Origin: Bacteroidota bacterium
GTDB taxonomy: Bacteria; Bacteroidota; Bacteroidia; Chitinophagales; Chitinophagaceae
Length of the DNA stretch: 64,000 nt
Direction: 5' to 3'
Assembly (NCBI GenBank): GCA_020161535.1
Contig: JAIUNW010000008.1
Coordinates: 73,908-137,907 of the forward strand
Part shown: positions 18,600 through 27,599 of the stretch, in pieces
Layout: every line of letters starts with the position of its first letter
How positions within the stretch are numbered: the first letter of the stretch is position 1
Position numbers and translations under genes: made by a program
The notes under the pieces: model-generated
The model's database searches: none
Seen by the model: only the letters and a program-made list of their open reading frames with translations
What the model was told of the DNA's origin: nothing

Positions 18600-18776
18600 A
18601 AAGTCAAATTTTTTTTCTATGAATTAAATGTCTCTTCAATTATATTTTTCTCGATCTTCAGTCCTGAGGACGAATTTATTTAACAATACTTCTGTTTTTC
18701 GACCATAGCTTCGTAAAACATGCTCATATTTTCAACCCAGACTTTCGAAACCTCCAATCTTATTTTGACGATATAT
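18600..18776 (-). pseudogene. Decayed 5' remnant of a second histidine kinase copy
   Basis: Colinear nucleotide similarity to the first ~170 nt of the kinase gene. One example is CGAAAAACAGAAGTATTG (rc of 18684-18701) versus CGTAAAACAGAAGTATTA (rc of 17777-17794), at nearly the same distance from the 7TM stop. The ATG is retained in the same AGATGG context, but the frame closes after 14 codons (MALTTTTVINISSK*). Confidence 0.5.
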
Positions 18777-19448
18777 TTATAACGGTTGTCGTTGTAAGCG
18801 CCATCTGTATGGTATAAAAAAGAAAATATGTTGTATAATATTCCCAACTAAAAAGGCGACTTCAACCCAAACCGAACTAATATAAACATGGTAAAAATGA
18901 TATAATAGCAACTGCGCAATTAAACTGATGGAAAATGGAATGGATGTGACATAGCAGATCATAATACCAAACACTAACATCCGATTAGTTCCATTAATGT
19001 GTTTATTGGCTGAATTCGGAGATAAAATGTATAATATTACTCTATAGCAATGGAAGGAAATTAAGGTGCCAGATAGAAAATAATTTAGTGCTGGGCTGTA
19101 GTAATCTAGTTTAAACAGATACTTTAGTAAAAAAGGGGCAATTACTATTATTATCAACGGCAAAGTTGGATTGTATTTTTTTGAAATGAGATTTGAGAGG
19201 AAGGTGGGGAGGAAGATGACTTCAGCAACAGTAAAAACCCAACTTATGATCAATCCGGAATTAATTGCTAAATCTGAACCTTCGATTGCTATCCAAATAT
19301 TTACCGGCGCAGTTAATGCATCTACGATGCAAAACAACACTAGGGAGGGAGGAACTAGTTTGGCTCTTTTGTATAGAATGTAAAAGTAGATAGCGTTTGA
19401 AAGCGCTACCAATAACTGTATCCATGAAATCCACAACATATACTCCAA
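18777..19448 (-). CDS. 7-TM membrane protein (copy 2, tandem paralog)
   Basis: 223 aa. It aligns without gaps to copy 1, with roughly 60 percent identity by eye, and has an identical C-terminal tail IIQHIFFFIP[FY]RW[NR]LQRQPL. Confidence 0.7.
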   Translation of the reverse strand: MEYMLWISWIQLLVALSNAIYFYILYKRAKLVPPSLVLFCIVDALTAPVNIWIAIEGSDLAINSGLIISWVFTVAEVIFLPTFLSNLISKKYNPTLPLIIIVIAPFLLKYLFKLDYYSPALNYFLSGTLISFHCYRVILYILSPNSANKHINGTNRMLVFGIMICYVTSIPFSISLIAQLLLYHFYHVYISSVWVEVAFLVGNIIQHIFFFIPYRWRLQRQPL

Positions 19449-19504
19449 TTGTGCTTCAAATTAAAAAAGAATAACAATTGAAAAAACGGTGAAAACACCC
19501 TTTT

Positions 19505-20713
19505 TTAGCCCAAATCGGGTAAAATAGCGTTTGTAAAGCTGGCAAGTCTCCGGATGACCGCCTCTACCACGGCATCGGGACAGGAGGCGCCGCTGCTCAG
19601 TAAAATGGTCAGGGGGCGCTGGGGAGGAAGGTAGTTTTCTGTGGTAAGCGCCTGGCGGGTGTGAAAATCGAAATGGGAAATGCTGCTTTCGCTGATCAGC
19701 TTGCTTTCATCCGAAATAAAATAGGTGGGTAGCCGCTGCTCACACAACTCCACCAGGTGGGTGGTATTCGACGAGTTATACCCGCCGACGATAATGGCGA
19801 GGTCGGCAGCAACTTCCAGCATCCCCGTAATGGCCGTCTGGTTATCGTTGGTAGCATAACAAAGGGTATCGCGCGTGTCGGCAAAACGCTCGCCGATTGT
19901 AGCGTTGGACAATCCATATTTTTCGATCATCACCTGCTTCAGGAATTCGGCGATGGCCTGGGTATCGCTCGCCAACTGCGTGGTTTGGTTCACCACACCC
20001 AATCGCGCCAAGTCGCGGTGTATGTCAAACCCCGTAGTATACCTTCCGCGGAAGCGCTCATAAAATGCTTCCGGCCCTTTCTCTTCGCGAATGAAGGCCG
20101 CCAGCTCAATCGCATCATTCATATCGTTTACAATGACCGAAGGAGCACTGGCCGATGCATGCGAAAAGGTTGCCCGCGTTTCTTCGTGTTGGGGCTTGCC
20201 ATGAATGACAATAGTATAGCCTTTTGCCGCAATCTGTTCACTGCGATTCCAAACTTTCTCTACAAAGGGACAAGTGGTATTGTATTTTTCGGTCTGGATA
20301 CCTTTTTCCTTTAACATTTTCTCCATCTGTAGGGTCGTGCCGAACGCGGGTATCAATACAATATCGTTGGATTGAATCTCTTCAAAAGGGATCAGTTGCT
20401 GGCCATAGGTATCCTGCAAGAAACGCACACCTGCCGCCTGCAGATCAGCATTCACTTGCGGGTTGTGAATCATTTCACTCAACAAGAAAATTCGCTTGCC
20501 GGGATGCTTCTCTACCGTGCGAAAAGCAATCTCAATGGCGTTCTCTACACCATAACAAAACCCAAAATGGCGGGCTAAGTAAATGCGCAGCGGGCCGGCG
20601 TCGAGTAAGGTTGGACTAAAATCTTTTTTTAGCTTGTCCGCTTCTTTGCGCTTTTTTTTTATCGCCGAAATCAGCGGACTTCTATAGCGAACGGGAACTT
20701 CAAATTGTTTCAT
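19505..20713 (-). CDS. ispH: 4-hydroxy-3-methylbut-2-enyl diphosphate reductase
   Basis: FGFCYGVENAIE, TTCPFVEKVW and VVNQTT motifs carrying the three cluster cysteines. Long Bacteroidota-type form. Confidence 0.9.
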   Translation of the reverse strand: MKQFEVPVRYRSPLISAIKKKRKEADKLKKDFSPTLLDAGPLRIYLARHFGFCYGVENAIEIAFRTVEKHPGKRIFLLSEMIHNPQVNADLQAAGVRFLQDTYGQQLIPFEEIQSNDIVLIPAFGTTLQMEKMLKEKGIQTEKYNTTCPFVEKVWNRSEQIAAKGYTIVIHGKPQHEETRATFSHASASAPSVIVNDMNDAIELAAFIREEKGPEAFYERFRGRYTTGFDIHRDLARLGVVNQTTQLASDTQAIAEFLKQVMIEKYGLSNATIGERFADTRDTLCYATNDNQTAITGMLEVAADLAIIVGGYNSSNTTHLVELCEQRLPTYFISDESKLISESSISHFDFHTRQALTTENYLPPQRPLTILLSSGASCPDAVVEAVIRRLASFTNAILPDLG

Positions 20714-20783
20714 GCACTACCTGTATAAACCAGCCGCAAATTTATCTTATTTTCACCCATCCCGACCAATTAGAAACTTAATT

Positions 20784-22064
20784 ATGGCATCTTCCGGATT
20801 TGTACCGCTCAGTTGGACCCACCACAGCAATATTTACGAAGTAAACCTGCGTCAATACACCCTCGAAGGCAGTTTTAACGCCTTCGCCCGCGAATTACCG
20901 CGGCTGCAAAACATGGGCGTGCAAATACTCTGGTTTATGCCCATCACACCCATCGCAATCGACAAACGCAAAGGTACCCTCGGCAGTTATTATGCCTGCG
21001 GCGATTATACCAGCACCAACCCCGAATACGGTAGCCTCGACGATTTCAGGCAACTGGTGCAACAGGCGCATGAACTGGGCATGAAAGTGATCATCGACTG
21101 GGTGGCCAACCACACCGGTTACGGTCACACCTGGACCTTAACCCATCCCGAATACTTCAGAAAGAATGAACGCGGTGAATTTTATGATGCCAATGGCTGG
21201 GACGATGTTATCGACCTCGATTATACCAATGTCGATATGCGTCACGCCATGATGGATGCCATGGATTTTTGGGTGCGTGAAACCGATATCGATGGTTTTC
21301 GCTGTGATATGGCCATGCTGGTGCCGCTCGATTTTTGGGTGGAAGCCCGCCGACAGCTTGATCAACGCAAAAAATTATTCTGGTTGGCCGAATGCGAAGA
21401 ACTGAATTACCACGATGCCTTCGACGCTACCTATGCCTGGGAATGGATGCACAAAATCGAAGATTTTGCCAAGGGCAAAACGGATATCGGTGGTTTGGAC
21501 TGGTTGCTTAACAAAATTGATAGCAGCTATCCACCAACAGCTTTCAAGGTTTGGTTTACAAGCAACCACGACGAAAACAGTTGGAACGGCACGGAGTATG
21601 AAAAGTATGGCAATCTCGCACTGCCGTTTGCCGTGTTCAGCATCACCTGGAACGGCATGCCTATGATCTACAGCGGGCAGGAAAGTCCAAACAACAAGCG
21701 ACTTGCTTTTTTTGACAAAGACACGATCAACTGGAATGGACAATACGCGTTGCATGGGTTCTATAAAAAACTACTCACCCTGCATGCTACTCATCCCGCC
21801 GCCCGTGGCGCTGATCCTGCTGTGAAAACAACCAGGATACACGGCAATGCAGACCAGCAAGTGTTTGCCTTTTTGCGGCAGAATGGAGAAGAAGCCATAC
21901 TGGTGTTGTTGAACCTAAGCGGCCAGGAACTTTTCTTTCAATGGAATGACACCCATACAGATGGTTTGTACGAAGAGATTTTCAGCGGCGAGTGGACTGA
22001 TTTCTCCATAAAAAAAGGCGTGCATCTGCACGCCTGGGGATATAAAGTATTGGTGAAATTGTAA
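20784..22064 (+). CDS. GH13 alpha-amylase-family glycosidase
   Basis: GH13 regions I-IV: DWVANH, GFRCDMA, WLAECE and FTSNHDE. The start is set at MASSGFV (ATG 20784). Confidence 0.85.
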   Translation: MASSGFVPLSWTHHSNIYEVNLRQYTLEGSFNAFARELPRLQNMGVQILWFMPITPIAIDKRKGTLGSYYACGDYTSTNPEYGSLDDFRQLVQQAHELGMKVIIDWVANHTGYGHTWTLTHPEYFRKNERGEFYDANGWDDVIDLDYTNVDMRHAMMDAMDFWVRETDIDGFRCDMAMLVPLDFWVEARRQLDQRKKLFWLAECEELNYHDAFDATYAWEWMHKIEDFAKGKTDIGGLDWLLNKIDSSYPPTAFKVWFTSNHDENSWNGTEYEKYGNLALPFAVFSITWNGMPMIYSGQESPNNKRLAFFDKDTINWNGQYALHGFYKKLLTLHATHPAARGADPAVKTTRIHGNADQQVFAFLRQNGEEAILVLLNLSGQELFFQWNDTHTDGLYEEIFSGEWTDFSIKKGVHLHAWGYKVLVKL

Positions 22065-22090
22065 CGTTGATTATCCGTTTTCTACGGTAA

Positions 22091-23599
22091 TTATTCAGCG
22101 ATCTTCATTGGATACCTGAATACACCATCGTAGCCCGGATACATACCATCGAGGGTTACCGCATTACCTGCTTTTTCCAGTTCCACGCGGAATTCTTCAA
22201 CGGTATTAACCTCTTTGCCATTTACTTTCAGGATCACAAAACCTTCTTCCATCCGGGTTTTGCTGAAAGCGCCATTGTCGTCTATACCTTTCACCATCAC
22301 GCCGCCTTTAACACCCATTTCTTTGGCTGTTTTGGCTGAAATGGTAGAGAGCTCAGCACCCAGTTTATCCAGCACCGAAGTTTTTACAATGGCTGTTGTG
22401 CCACCGCTGTTGCGAAGTACCACTTCTGTCACTGACTCTTTTCCATTGCGACGGTAACCAATTTTTACACGGTCGCCGGGACGATAAGTCGCGATTTGTC
22501 CCACCATCTCCGGACCAGAACGAACCGGTACACTGTTCACTCGCGTAATAAAATCTCCTTTCTGAATACCAGAAGAAGCGGCTGCACCATCTTTGGTCAC
22601 ATCCAGCACAAAAACACCTTCACCATCAACAATGCCTTCCTGTTTTTTCACTTCATCGCTGAGGTTATCGGGTGCATAATTAATGCCCAGATAAGCACGT
22701 TGCACGGTCCCAAATTTCATCAGGTCGGCCACAATCTTTTTTACCAGGTTTACCGGTATGGTAAACGAATAACCGGCATAGGAACCTGTGGGCGACGCAA
22801 TGGCCGAATTGATGCCAATCATCTGGCCGGCCGTATTGATCAACGGACCGCCACTGTTCCCAGGGTTTACCGCCGCATCTGTTTGGATAAATGATTCAAT
22901 GGGCACTTTGCTTTGGCGCTTGTTGATGTCGAGTGTACGACTCTTGGCACTCACGATGCCTGCTGTAACGGTTGCATCTAAATTAAGCGGATAACCCACG
23001 GCCAATACCCACTGGCCAATTTTGAGATCATCTGAATTGCCATAAAGCAAAAAGGGCAGGCCCTTCGCATCGATCTTAATCACGGCGAGATCACTCGACG
23101 CATCAACGGCAATCAGTTTTGCTTTGTACGTTTTCTTATCGCTGGTGCTTACGGTAATATCATCCGCCCCGTCAACCACGTGGTTGTTGGTAACGATATA
23201 ACCATCGTCGCTGATGATGGCCCCTGAACCCGAACCCATAGAGGGCATAGAGCGCGGCGTCATGCCTTCGTCCATATCGAATCCGAACAAATCAAACAAG
23301 GGGCTGCGTCGCGGCAGGTTATTGCTGGCCGTACGCGTAGATTTTGTTTTGATATGCACCGTGGCCGGGATGGCGCTATTAGCGGCATCGACAAAATCTG
23401 AAGGCGCATTATCAGCCTTGCCGTCGAAAAAGCCCGCGTAGTTGGCGGGAATTTCGCGCTGGTCGGCCGCGTTGTAAGCGTATTCGTTTTTGTTGAAATA
23501 TTTATTGTAGGCAACCATGCTGCCTACCGACGTAACGGCACTCAGAAGGATGATGGGTACAACTTGTTGCAGTTTCATAATTTCAATGTGTTTAAACAA
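22091..23599 (-). CDS. htrA: Do/HtrA-family periplasmic serine endopeptidase with two PDZ domains
   Basis: Triad contexts TNNHVV, SDLAVIK and GNSGGPL, followed by two PDZ-like repeats. Confidence 0.9.
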   Translation of the reverse strand: MFKHIEIMKLQQVVPIILLSAVTSVGSMVAYNKYFNKNEYAYNAADQREIPANYAGFFDGKADNAPSDFVDAANSAIPATVHIKTKSTRTASNNLPRRSPLFDLFGFDMDEGMTPRSMPSMGSGSGAIISDDGYIVTNNHVVDGADDITVSTSDKKTYKAKLIAVDASSDLAVIKIDAKGLPFLLYGNSDDLKIGQWVLAVGYPLNLDATVTAGIVSAKSRTLDINKRQSKVPIESFIQTDAAVNPGNSGGPLINTAGQMIGINSAIASPTGSYAGYSFTIPVNLVKKIVADLMKFGTVQRAYLGINYAPDNLSDEVKKQEGIVDGEGVFVLDVTKDGAAASSGIQKGDFITRVNSVPVRSGPEMVGQIATYRPGDRVKIGYRRNGKESVTEVVLRNSGGTTAIVKTSVLDKLGAELSTISAKTAKEMGVKGGVMVKGIDDNGAFSKTRMEEGFVILKVNGKEVNTVEEFRVELEKAGNAVTLDGMYPGYDGVFRYPMKIAE

Positions 23600-23690
23600 T
23601 TGATCGCTACAAAATAACGCTGGGAACCCGCTTGGGGTTGTATCGATTTTTAGTTTAACAATAGTTTTACTAAGGTCTTCGTAGATCCAT

Positions 23691-24692
23691 TTAAAGATAC
23701 GCTAAAAATGCCATCGTGTCCACGCCATCAGCATAGTCGTTGATGGCCGGTTCCTGGGCCTTTCCAAAGGGAACGCCCCCCTGACCAACGATGCATTGTA
23801 CAGAATTATTGCCCTCAAGTGCTGCCTGGGGGGCTTCGCCCGGCTGGTAAAAGGCATAATTAACCTGCGAAATGGGTGAAAACAGGGCCTCCTGCTCAAT
23901 TAACAAAATCGAATTATTTGTCATGTAAAAACGATTGTTCAACAAGGCCACGGCCAGTTGATAGTCGTAATTGTTTTTATACCGGCTATGGTCGAAAAAA
24001 TAGTCATACTTACGGCCAGCATCCAGCAGTGGCTGGAAGTCGTAGCCCATAGGCACTCGCAAGGCAGTTACATTGCGGCAGCCGAGTCCAAAATAGAGGC
24101 AAATATCATCGGCGAGCGAGGCCAGTTCAGTGGTAGATTCCTGCCCATTGAGTATGGCCACCGAAGTCCGGTTTTTTCGAATGATGCTGGGGTATTTGCC
24201 AAAATAGTATTCGAAATAACGGGCGCTGTTATCGCTCCCGGTGGCAATATAGGCATCGCAGCCTTTCAGTTGTTCTGCCACCCTAAAATGTGTTTTTACA
24301 GTGGGTTCCCACTGGGCCAACACATCCAGCAAGTGCGGCAGCAATACCGTATCTTTCGACGATAGCTTGATATGGGCGATATGGCCGCTGATGAAAACGC
24401 ATAACCAGTCGTGGAAGCCGACCAGCGGAATATTGCCCGCCATCACAATGCCGACCTTTTTGGGGCTGGGTTGCTCTGCCGGAACAGGGTATTGTTTTAC
24501 CCATTGTTCGAGGATGGGCCTTTGCAAAAACCGATCGGCAATGGCATTGGCTGCCAGGTCGGTAAAGGCTTTTGTAAACCAGGGGTTGCGAATACCGGCC
24601 TGGGTTACAACCGATTGCCACGCCTCGTCGTTTTGCCGCAGGTAATCGCCCAGCTTCACCAATAAATCTATCCGGCATTGTAAATCCAACAT
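23691..24692 (-). CDS. LuxC-like acyl-CoA reductase family protein
   Basis: 333 aa. ALDH-superfamily-like core with a candidate catalytic Cys in YFGLGCRNVTAL. The family assignment is from recollection of Bacteroidota annotations. Confidence 0.55.
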   Translation of the reverse strand: MLDLQCRIDLLVKLGDYLRQNDEAWQSVVTQAGIRNPWFTKAFTDLAANAIADRFLQRPILEQWVKQYPVPAEQPSPKKVGIVMAGNIPLVGFHDWLCVFISGHIAHIKLSSKDTVLLPHLLDVLAQWEPTVKTHFRVAEQLKGCDAYIATGSDNSARYFEYYFGKYPSIIRKNRTSVAILNGQESTTELASLADDICLYFGLGCRNVTALRVPMGYDFQPLLDAGRKYDYFFDHSRYKNNYDYQLAVALLNNRFYMTNNSILLIEQEALFSPISQVNYAFYQPGEAPQAALEGNNSVQCIVGQGGVPFGKAQEPAINDYADGVDTMAFLAYL

Positions 24693-24748
24693 GGCGTTTT
24701 AAATTTGCTGCAAGTTAATTGCTTAGAAGACTGAAAAAAACTGAGAAT

Positions 24749-25096
24749 ATGGCTATCAAGATAACAGACGAATGTATCAACTGCGGTGCCTGCGAACCCG
24801 AGTGCCCGAATAATGCAATTTATGAAGGGGGCGTGGAATGGGCGCTGAGCGATGGCACCATGGTGCGGGGATCGTATACGCTGATGGACGGAATGGTGAT
24901 GAATGCCGACCAGCGGAACACGCCGCTGAGTATGGATACCTATTATATTGTGCCGAATAAATGCACCGAGTGCCAGGGCTTTCACGAAGAGCCGCAGTGC
25001 GCGGCAGTTTGCCCGGTTGACTGCTGTGTACCCGACGATATGTACCAGGAAACCGTTGATCAACTCATGGCGAAAAAAGAGAAGTTGCACCTTTGA
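24749..25096 (+). CDS. 4Fe-4S dicluster ferredoxin
   Basis: [12 protein letters not shown] and a second cluster motif [18 protein letters not shown]. The start is at MAIKITDE. Confidence 0.85.
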   Translation: MAIKITDECINCGACEPECPNNAIYEGGVEWALSDGTMVRGSYTLMDGMVMNADQRNTPLSMDTYYIVPNKCTECQGFHEEPQCAAVCPVDCCVPDDMYQETVDQLMAKKEKLHL

Positions 25097-25160
25097 TTTT
25101 GGCTTTTTATTTTGGGTGTTTGCGTTGGCTTTTTTATCTTTAGTAGAGAAACAGTTTGCT

Positions 25161-25181
25161 AGTAGCTTCGGCTACTTTTTA
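25161..25181 (+). terminator. Rho-independent terminator after the ferredoxin gene
   Basis: GTAGC-TTCG-GCTAC hairpin followed by TTTTT. Confidence 0.5.
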
Positions 25182-25273
25182 TAGGCGGGTGATATTTCCC
25201 GTCAGGTAACGGGTGAAGGACTAATCCTTCACCTTTTTCTTACAATAACAATAGAAAAACCAGGTCGGCTACA

Positions 25274-26263
25274 ATGGCAAAAAAGATTATCGCTTTTCTC
25301 ACTGGCGGCTATTCAGGTGAGGCAGAAATTTCCTACTTAAGTGCATTAACGATCAACAAAAACCTCGACCGCGAAAAATACGATGTGTACACGATCGATA
25401 TTCGCCCCGATGGTTGGTGGTATAAAGCCGACGATGGCAGCGAAACAACGATCGACAAAAACGATTTTTCCCTTACACTGGCTGCAGGCAAAATTCAATT
25501 TGATGTGGTACTAATCGGTATCCATGGCACGCCGGGAGAAGATGGAAAACTACAAGGTTACCTCGATATGATGGGCCTGCCGTATACCAGTTGTGATGCT
25601 GCAACTTCAGCACTTACTTTCAACAAACGATACACCGTTGCCGTAGCAGCTTTTGGGGGCATTCATGTGGCGAAATCACTGCATCTATTCAAGCACCGAG
25701 AATACGATACCAAATCCATCCTGGCCCAATTGAAATTGCCCTACTTTGTAAAACCCAACAATGGTGGTAGCAGTATCGGCATGAGCAAAGTGACAAAGGG
25801 CGAAGACCTCTCTGCAGCCATTCAAAAGGCTTTCCAGGAAGATAGCCAGGTGTTGATTGAAGAATTCATTGCGGGACGCGAATTTACCATCGGTGTATTC
25901 AGAAGCAAGGGCGAGATCATTACCCTGCCTTTCACCGAAATCATTGCCAAAAATGAGTTTTTTGATTTCGAAGCAAAATACCATGGTAAGAGTGAAGAGA
26001 TTACACCGGCAAAAGTGGACGAGTCGGTGGCAGAAAAAGTGCGCGCGGCCGCGCGACAGGTATATGGATTGTTTAATTGCCGCGGGGTAATCAGGATCGA
26101 CTTTATCTACAATGAATCGGTGGGAGCACCTTATATGTTGGAGATAAATACCGTTCCCGGGCAAAGCGAAGCATCACTGGTGCCGCAACAAGTGCGGGCC
26201 ATGGGTTGGTCGCTCAAAGAATTCTATTCGGCGCTGGTTGACGAAGCGTTGACAGGTAAATAA
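25274..26263 (+). CDS. ddl: D-alanine--D-alanine ligase
   Basis: ATP-grasp Ddl layout: GGYSGEAEIS, IHGTPGEDGKLQG, YFVKPNNGGSSIG and EINTVPG. Confidence 0.9.
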   Translation: MAKKIIAFLTGGYSGEAEISYLSALTINKNLDREKYDVYTIDIRPDGWWYKADDGSETTIDKNDFSLTLAAGKIQFDVVLIGIHGTPGEDGKLQGYLDMMGLPYTSCDAATSALTFNKRYTVAVAAFGGIHVAKSLHLFKHREYDTKSILAQLKLPYFVKPNNGGSSIGMSKVTKGEDLSAAIQKAFQEDSQVLIEEFIAGREFTIGVFRSKGEIITLPFTEIIAKNEFFDFEAKYHGKSEEITPAKVDESVAEKVRAAARQVYGLFNCRGVIRIDFIYNESVGAPYMLEINTVPGQSEASLVPQQVRAMGWSLKEFYSALVDEALTGK

Positions 26264-26303
26264 TTTTCGTTTCCTTTGAAACGATTACCAAACAAATAGT
26301 CTA

Positions 26304-27131
26304 GTGTTTGCATCACTCTCCAAAAAGCCCCTGTGGCTGAATATACTGGTTGCCCTGGCCATTGTTGCCTTACTGGTATTCCTGTTTTTTAATTCACTGG
26401 CGTTCTTCACCAAGCACGACCAGGTGATTGCAGTGCCCAACGTGGTGGGAAAATCATTTGATGCCGCAAAAGAAAGCCTGGAAAAAGAAGGCTTCGATGT
26501 AGTTATCCAAGACTCGGTGTATCGCGATACCGCAAAGGCCCTGGCCGTGGTGAAACAGTTTCCGGAAGCAGATGCTTCGGTAAAAGTGAATCGCACTATT
26601 TATCTAACGGTGAACCGCGCTATTCCGCCCGATGTGGTGATGCCCAACTTGATCGGGATGAGCATTCGCAACGCAACCCTGGTTTTGAAACAATTCGGCC
26701 TTAAAATGGGCGACACTTCTTACAAACCTGATTTCGCCAAAAACTCTGTTTTGAGCCAGGAAGTAAAAGGCGTAAAGGTCGAGCCCGGCACCAAGTTGCC
26801 AATGGGTACAGCCGTATCCATTGTATTGGGCAGTGGTTTGTCTAATGTTGACATGGCGGTTCCTGATCTGGTGGGATTGACTTACAAAGACGCAACATCC
26901 ATGCTTGACGGAACGGGCATTAATTTTGGCGCCACGGTGTTGGACCCAGATGTGAAAGACACCAGCGGGGCCTATATCTATCGGCAAAGCCCCGATCACC
27001 TGACGGTTGATTATCGGCCCAATCGGATTCGCTCCGGACAAATGATTGATATCTGGTTGAGTACAGCAAAACCTGTTCGCGATTCCACCCGGAAACAGCC
27101 GGCAACAACGCCTGAAGAGAATAACTATTAA
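26304..27131 (+). CDS. PASTA-domain membrane protein
   Basis: One N-terminal TM helix, then three PASTA-like repeats beginning VPNVVGKS, MPNLIGMS and VPDLVGLT. Confidence 0.75.
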   Translation: MFASLSKKPLWLNILVALAIVALLVFLFFNSLAFFTKHDQVIAVPNVVGKSFDAAKESLEKEGFDVVIQDSVYRDTAKALAVVKQFPEADASVKVNRTIYLTVNRAIPPDVVMPNLIGMSIRNATLVLKQFGLKMGDTSYKPDFAKNSVLSQEVKGVKVEPGTKLPMGTAVSIVLGSGLSNVDMAVPDLVGLTYKDATSMLDGTGINFGATVLDPDVKDTSGAYIYRQSPDHLTVDYRPNRIRSGQMIDIWLSTAKPVRDSTRKQPATTPEENNY

Positions 27132-27140
27132 ACATATAAT

Positions 27141-27449
27141 ATGCAAAACATAACGGTTGAAGAATTGAAGGCGCGATTGGATAGTGGCGAAAAGTTACAT
27201 GTGATAGATGTACGCGAACCACAGGAATATGCAGAAAGCAATATCGGCGCACTGTTGATTCCACTGGGCAAAATCCAGGCCATGCAGGTCGACGAAATCG
27301 ACGACCTTAAAAACGAAGAAATCATTGTTCACTGCCGCAGCGGTAAAAGAAGTTTGACCGCGTGTCAGTACCTGGAGTCGATGGGTTTCACCAATACAAA
27401 GAATGTGGAGGGCGGTATACTCGCATGGCAGGAGAAATTTGGGAAATAG
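27141..27449 (+). CDS. Rhodanese-like sulfurtransferase domain protein
   Basis: Active-site loop HCRSGKRS. 102 aa. Confidence 0.85.
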   Translation: MQNITVEELKARLDSGEKLHVIDVREPQEYAESNIGALLIPLGKIQAMQVDEIDDLKNEEIIVHCRSGKRSLTACQYLESMGFTNTKNVEGGILAWQEKFGK

Positions 27450-27450
27450 G

Positions 27451-27492
27451 TTTTTTATTTGCCGCCTGCTACCAGGAACAGCAAATAAAAAA
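27451..27492. terminator. Bidirectional terminator-like nested hairpin between convergent genes
   Basis: TTTTTTATTTGC (27451-27462) pairs with GCAAATAAAAAA (27481-27492). The inner stem is CCTG-CTAC-CAGG, and A/T runs lie on both sides. Confidence 0.5.
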
Positions 27493-27599
27493 GCAAGATG
27501 ATGGCTATGTTCAACGCAATAGTCTTTTTCATGGGGATGGATTACATACCCATCCCCATTGAAAATGATGCCAAACCCTGTTTTTTGCGATTAGGAATA

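Noticed and set aside
20641-20660. A T9 homopolymer (A9 on the coding strand) near the 5' end of ispH, and a similar T9 at about 48867-48875 in the GH140-like signal peptide, considered as phase-variation tracts.
   Set aside because: The ispH tract encodes the Lys-rich KKKRK segment of an essential gene, and the other is a Phe/Leu run of a signal peptide. Neither is long enough or placed suitably for slipped-strand switching.
27455-27532. A 25-codon minus-strand ORF (MKKTIALNIAIILLFYLLFLVAGGK) downstream of the TonB-dependent receptor, looking like a hydrophobic micropeptide.
   Set aside because: Its sequence coincides with the arms of the nested terminator hairpin (27451-27492) and of the 10-bp inverted repeat (27531-27559). 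The hydrophobic reading is most simply a by-product of T-rich structural RNA or DNA. There is no independent support.
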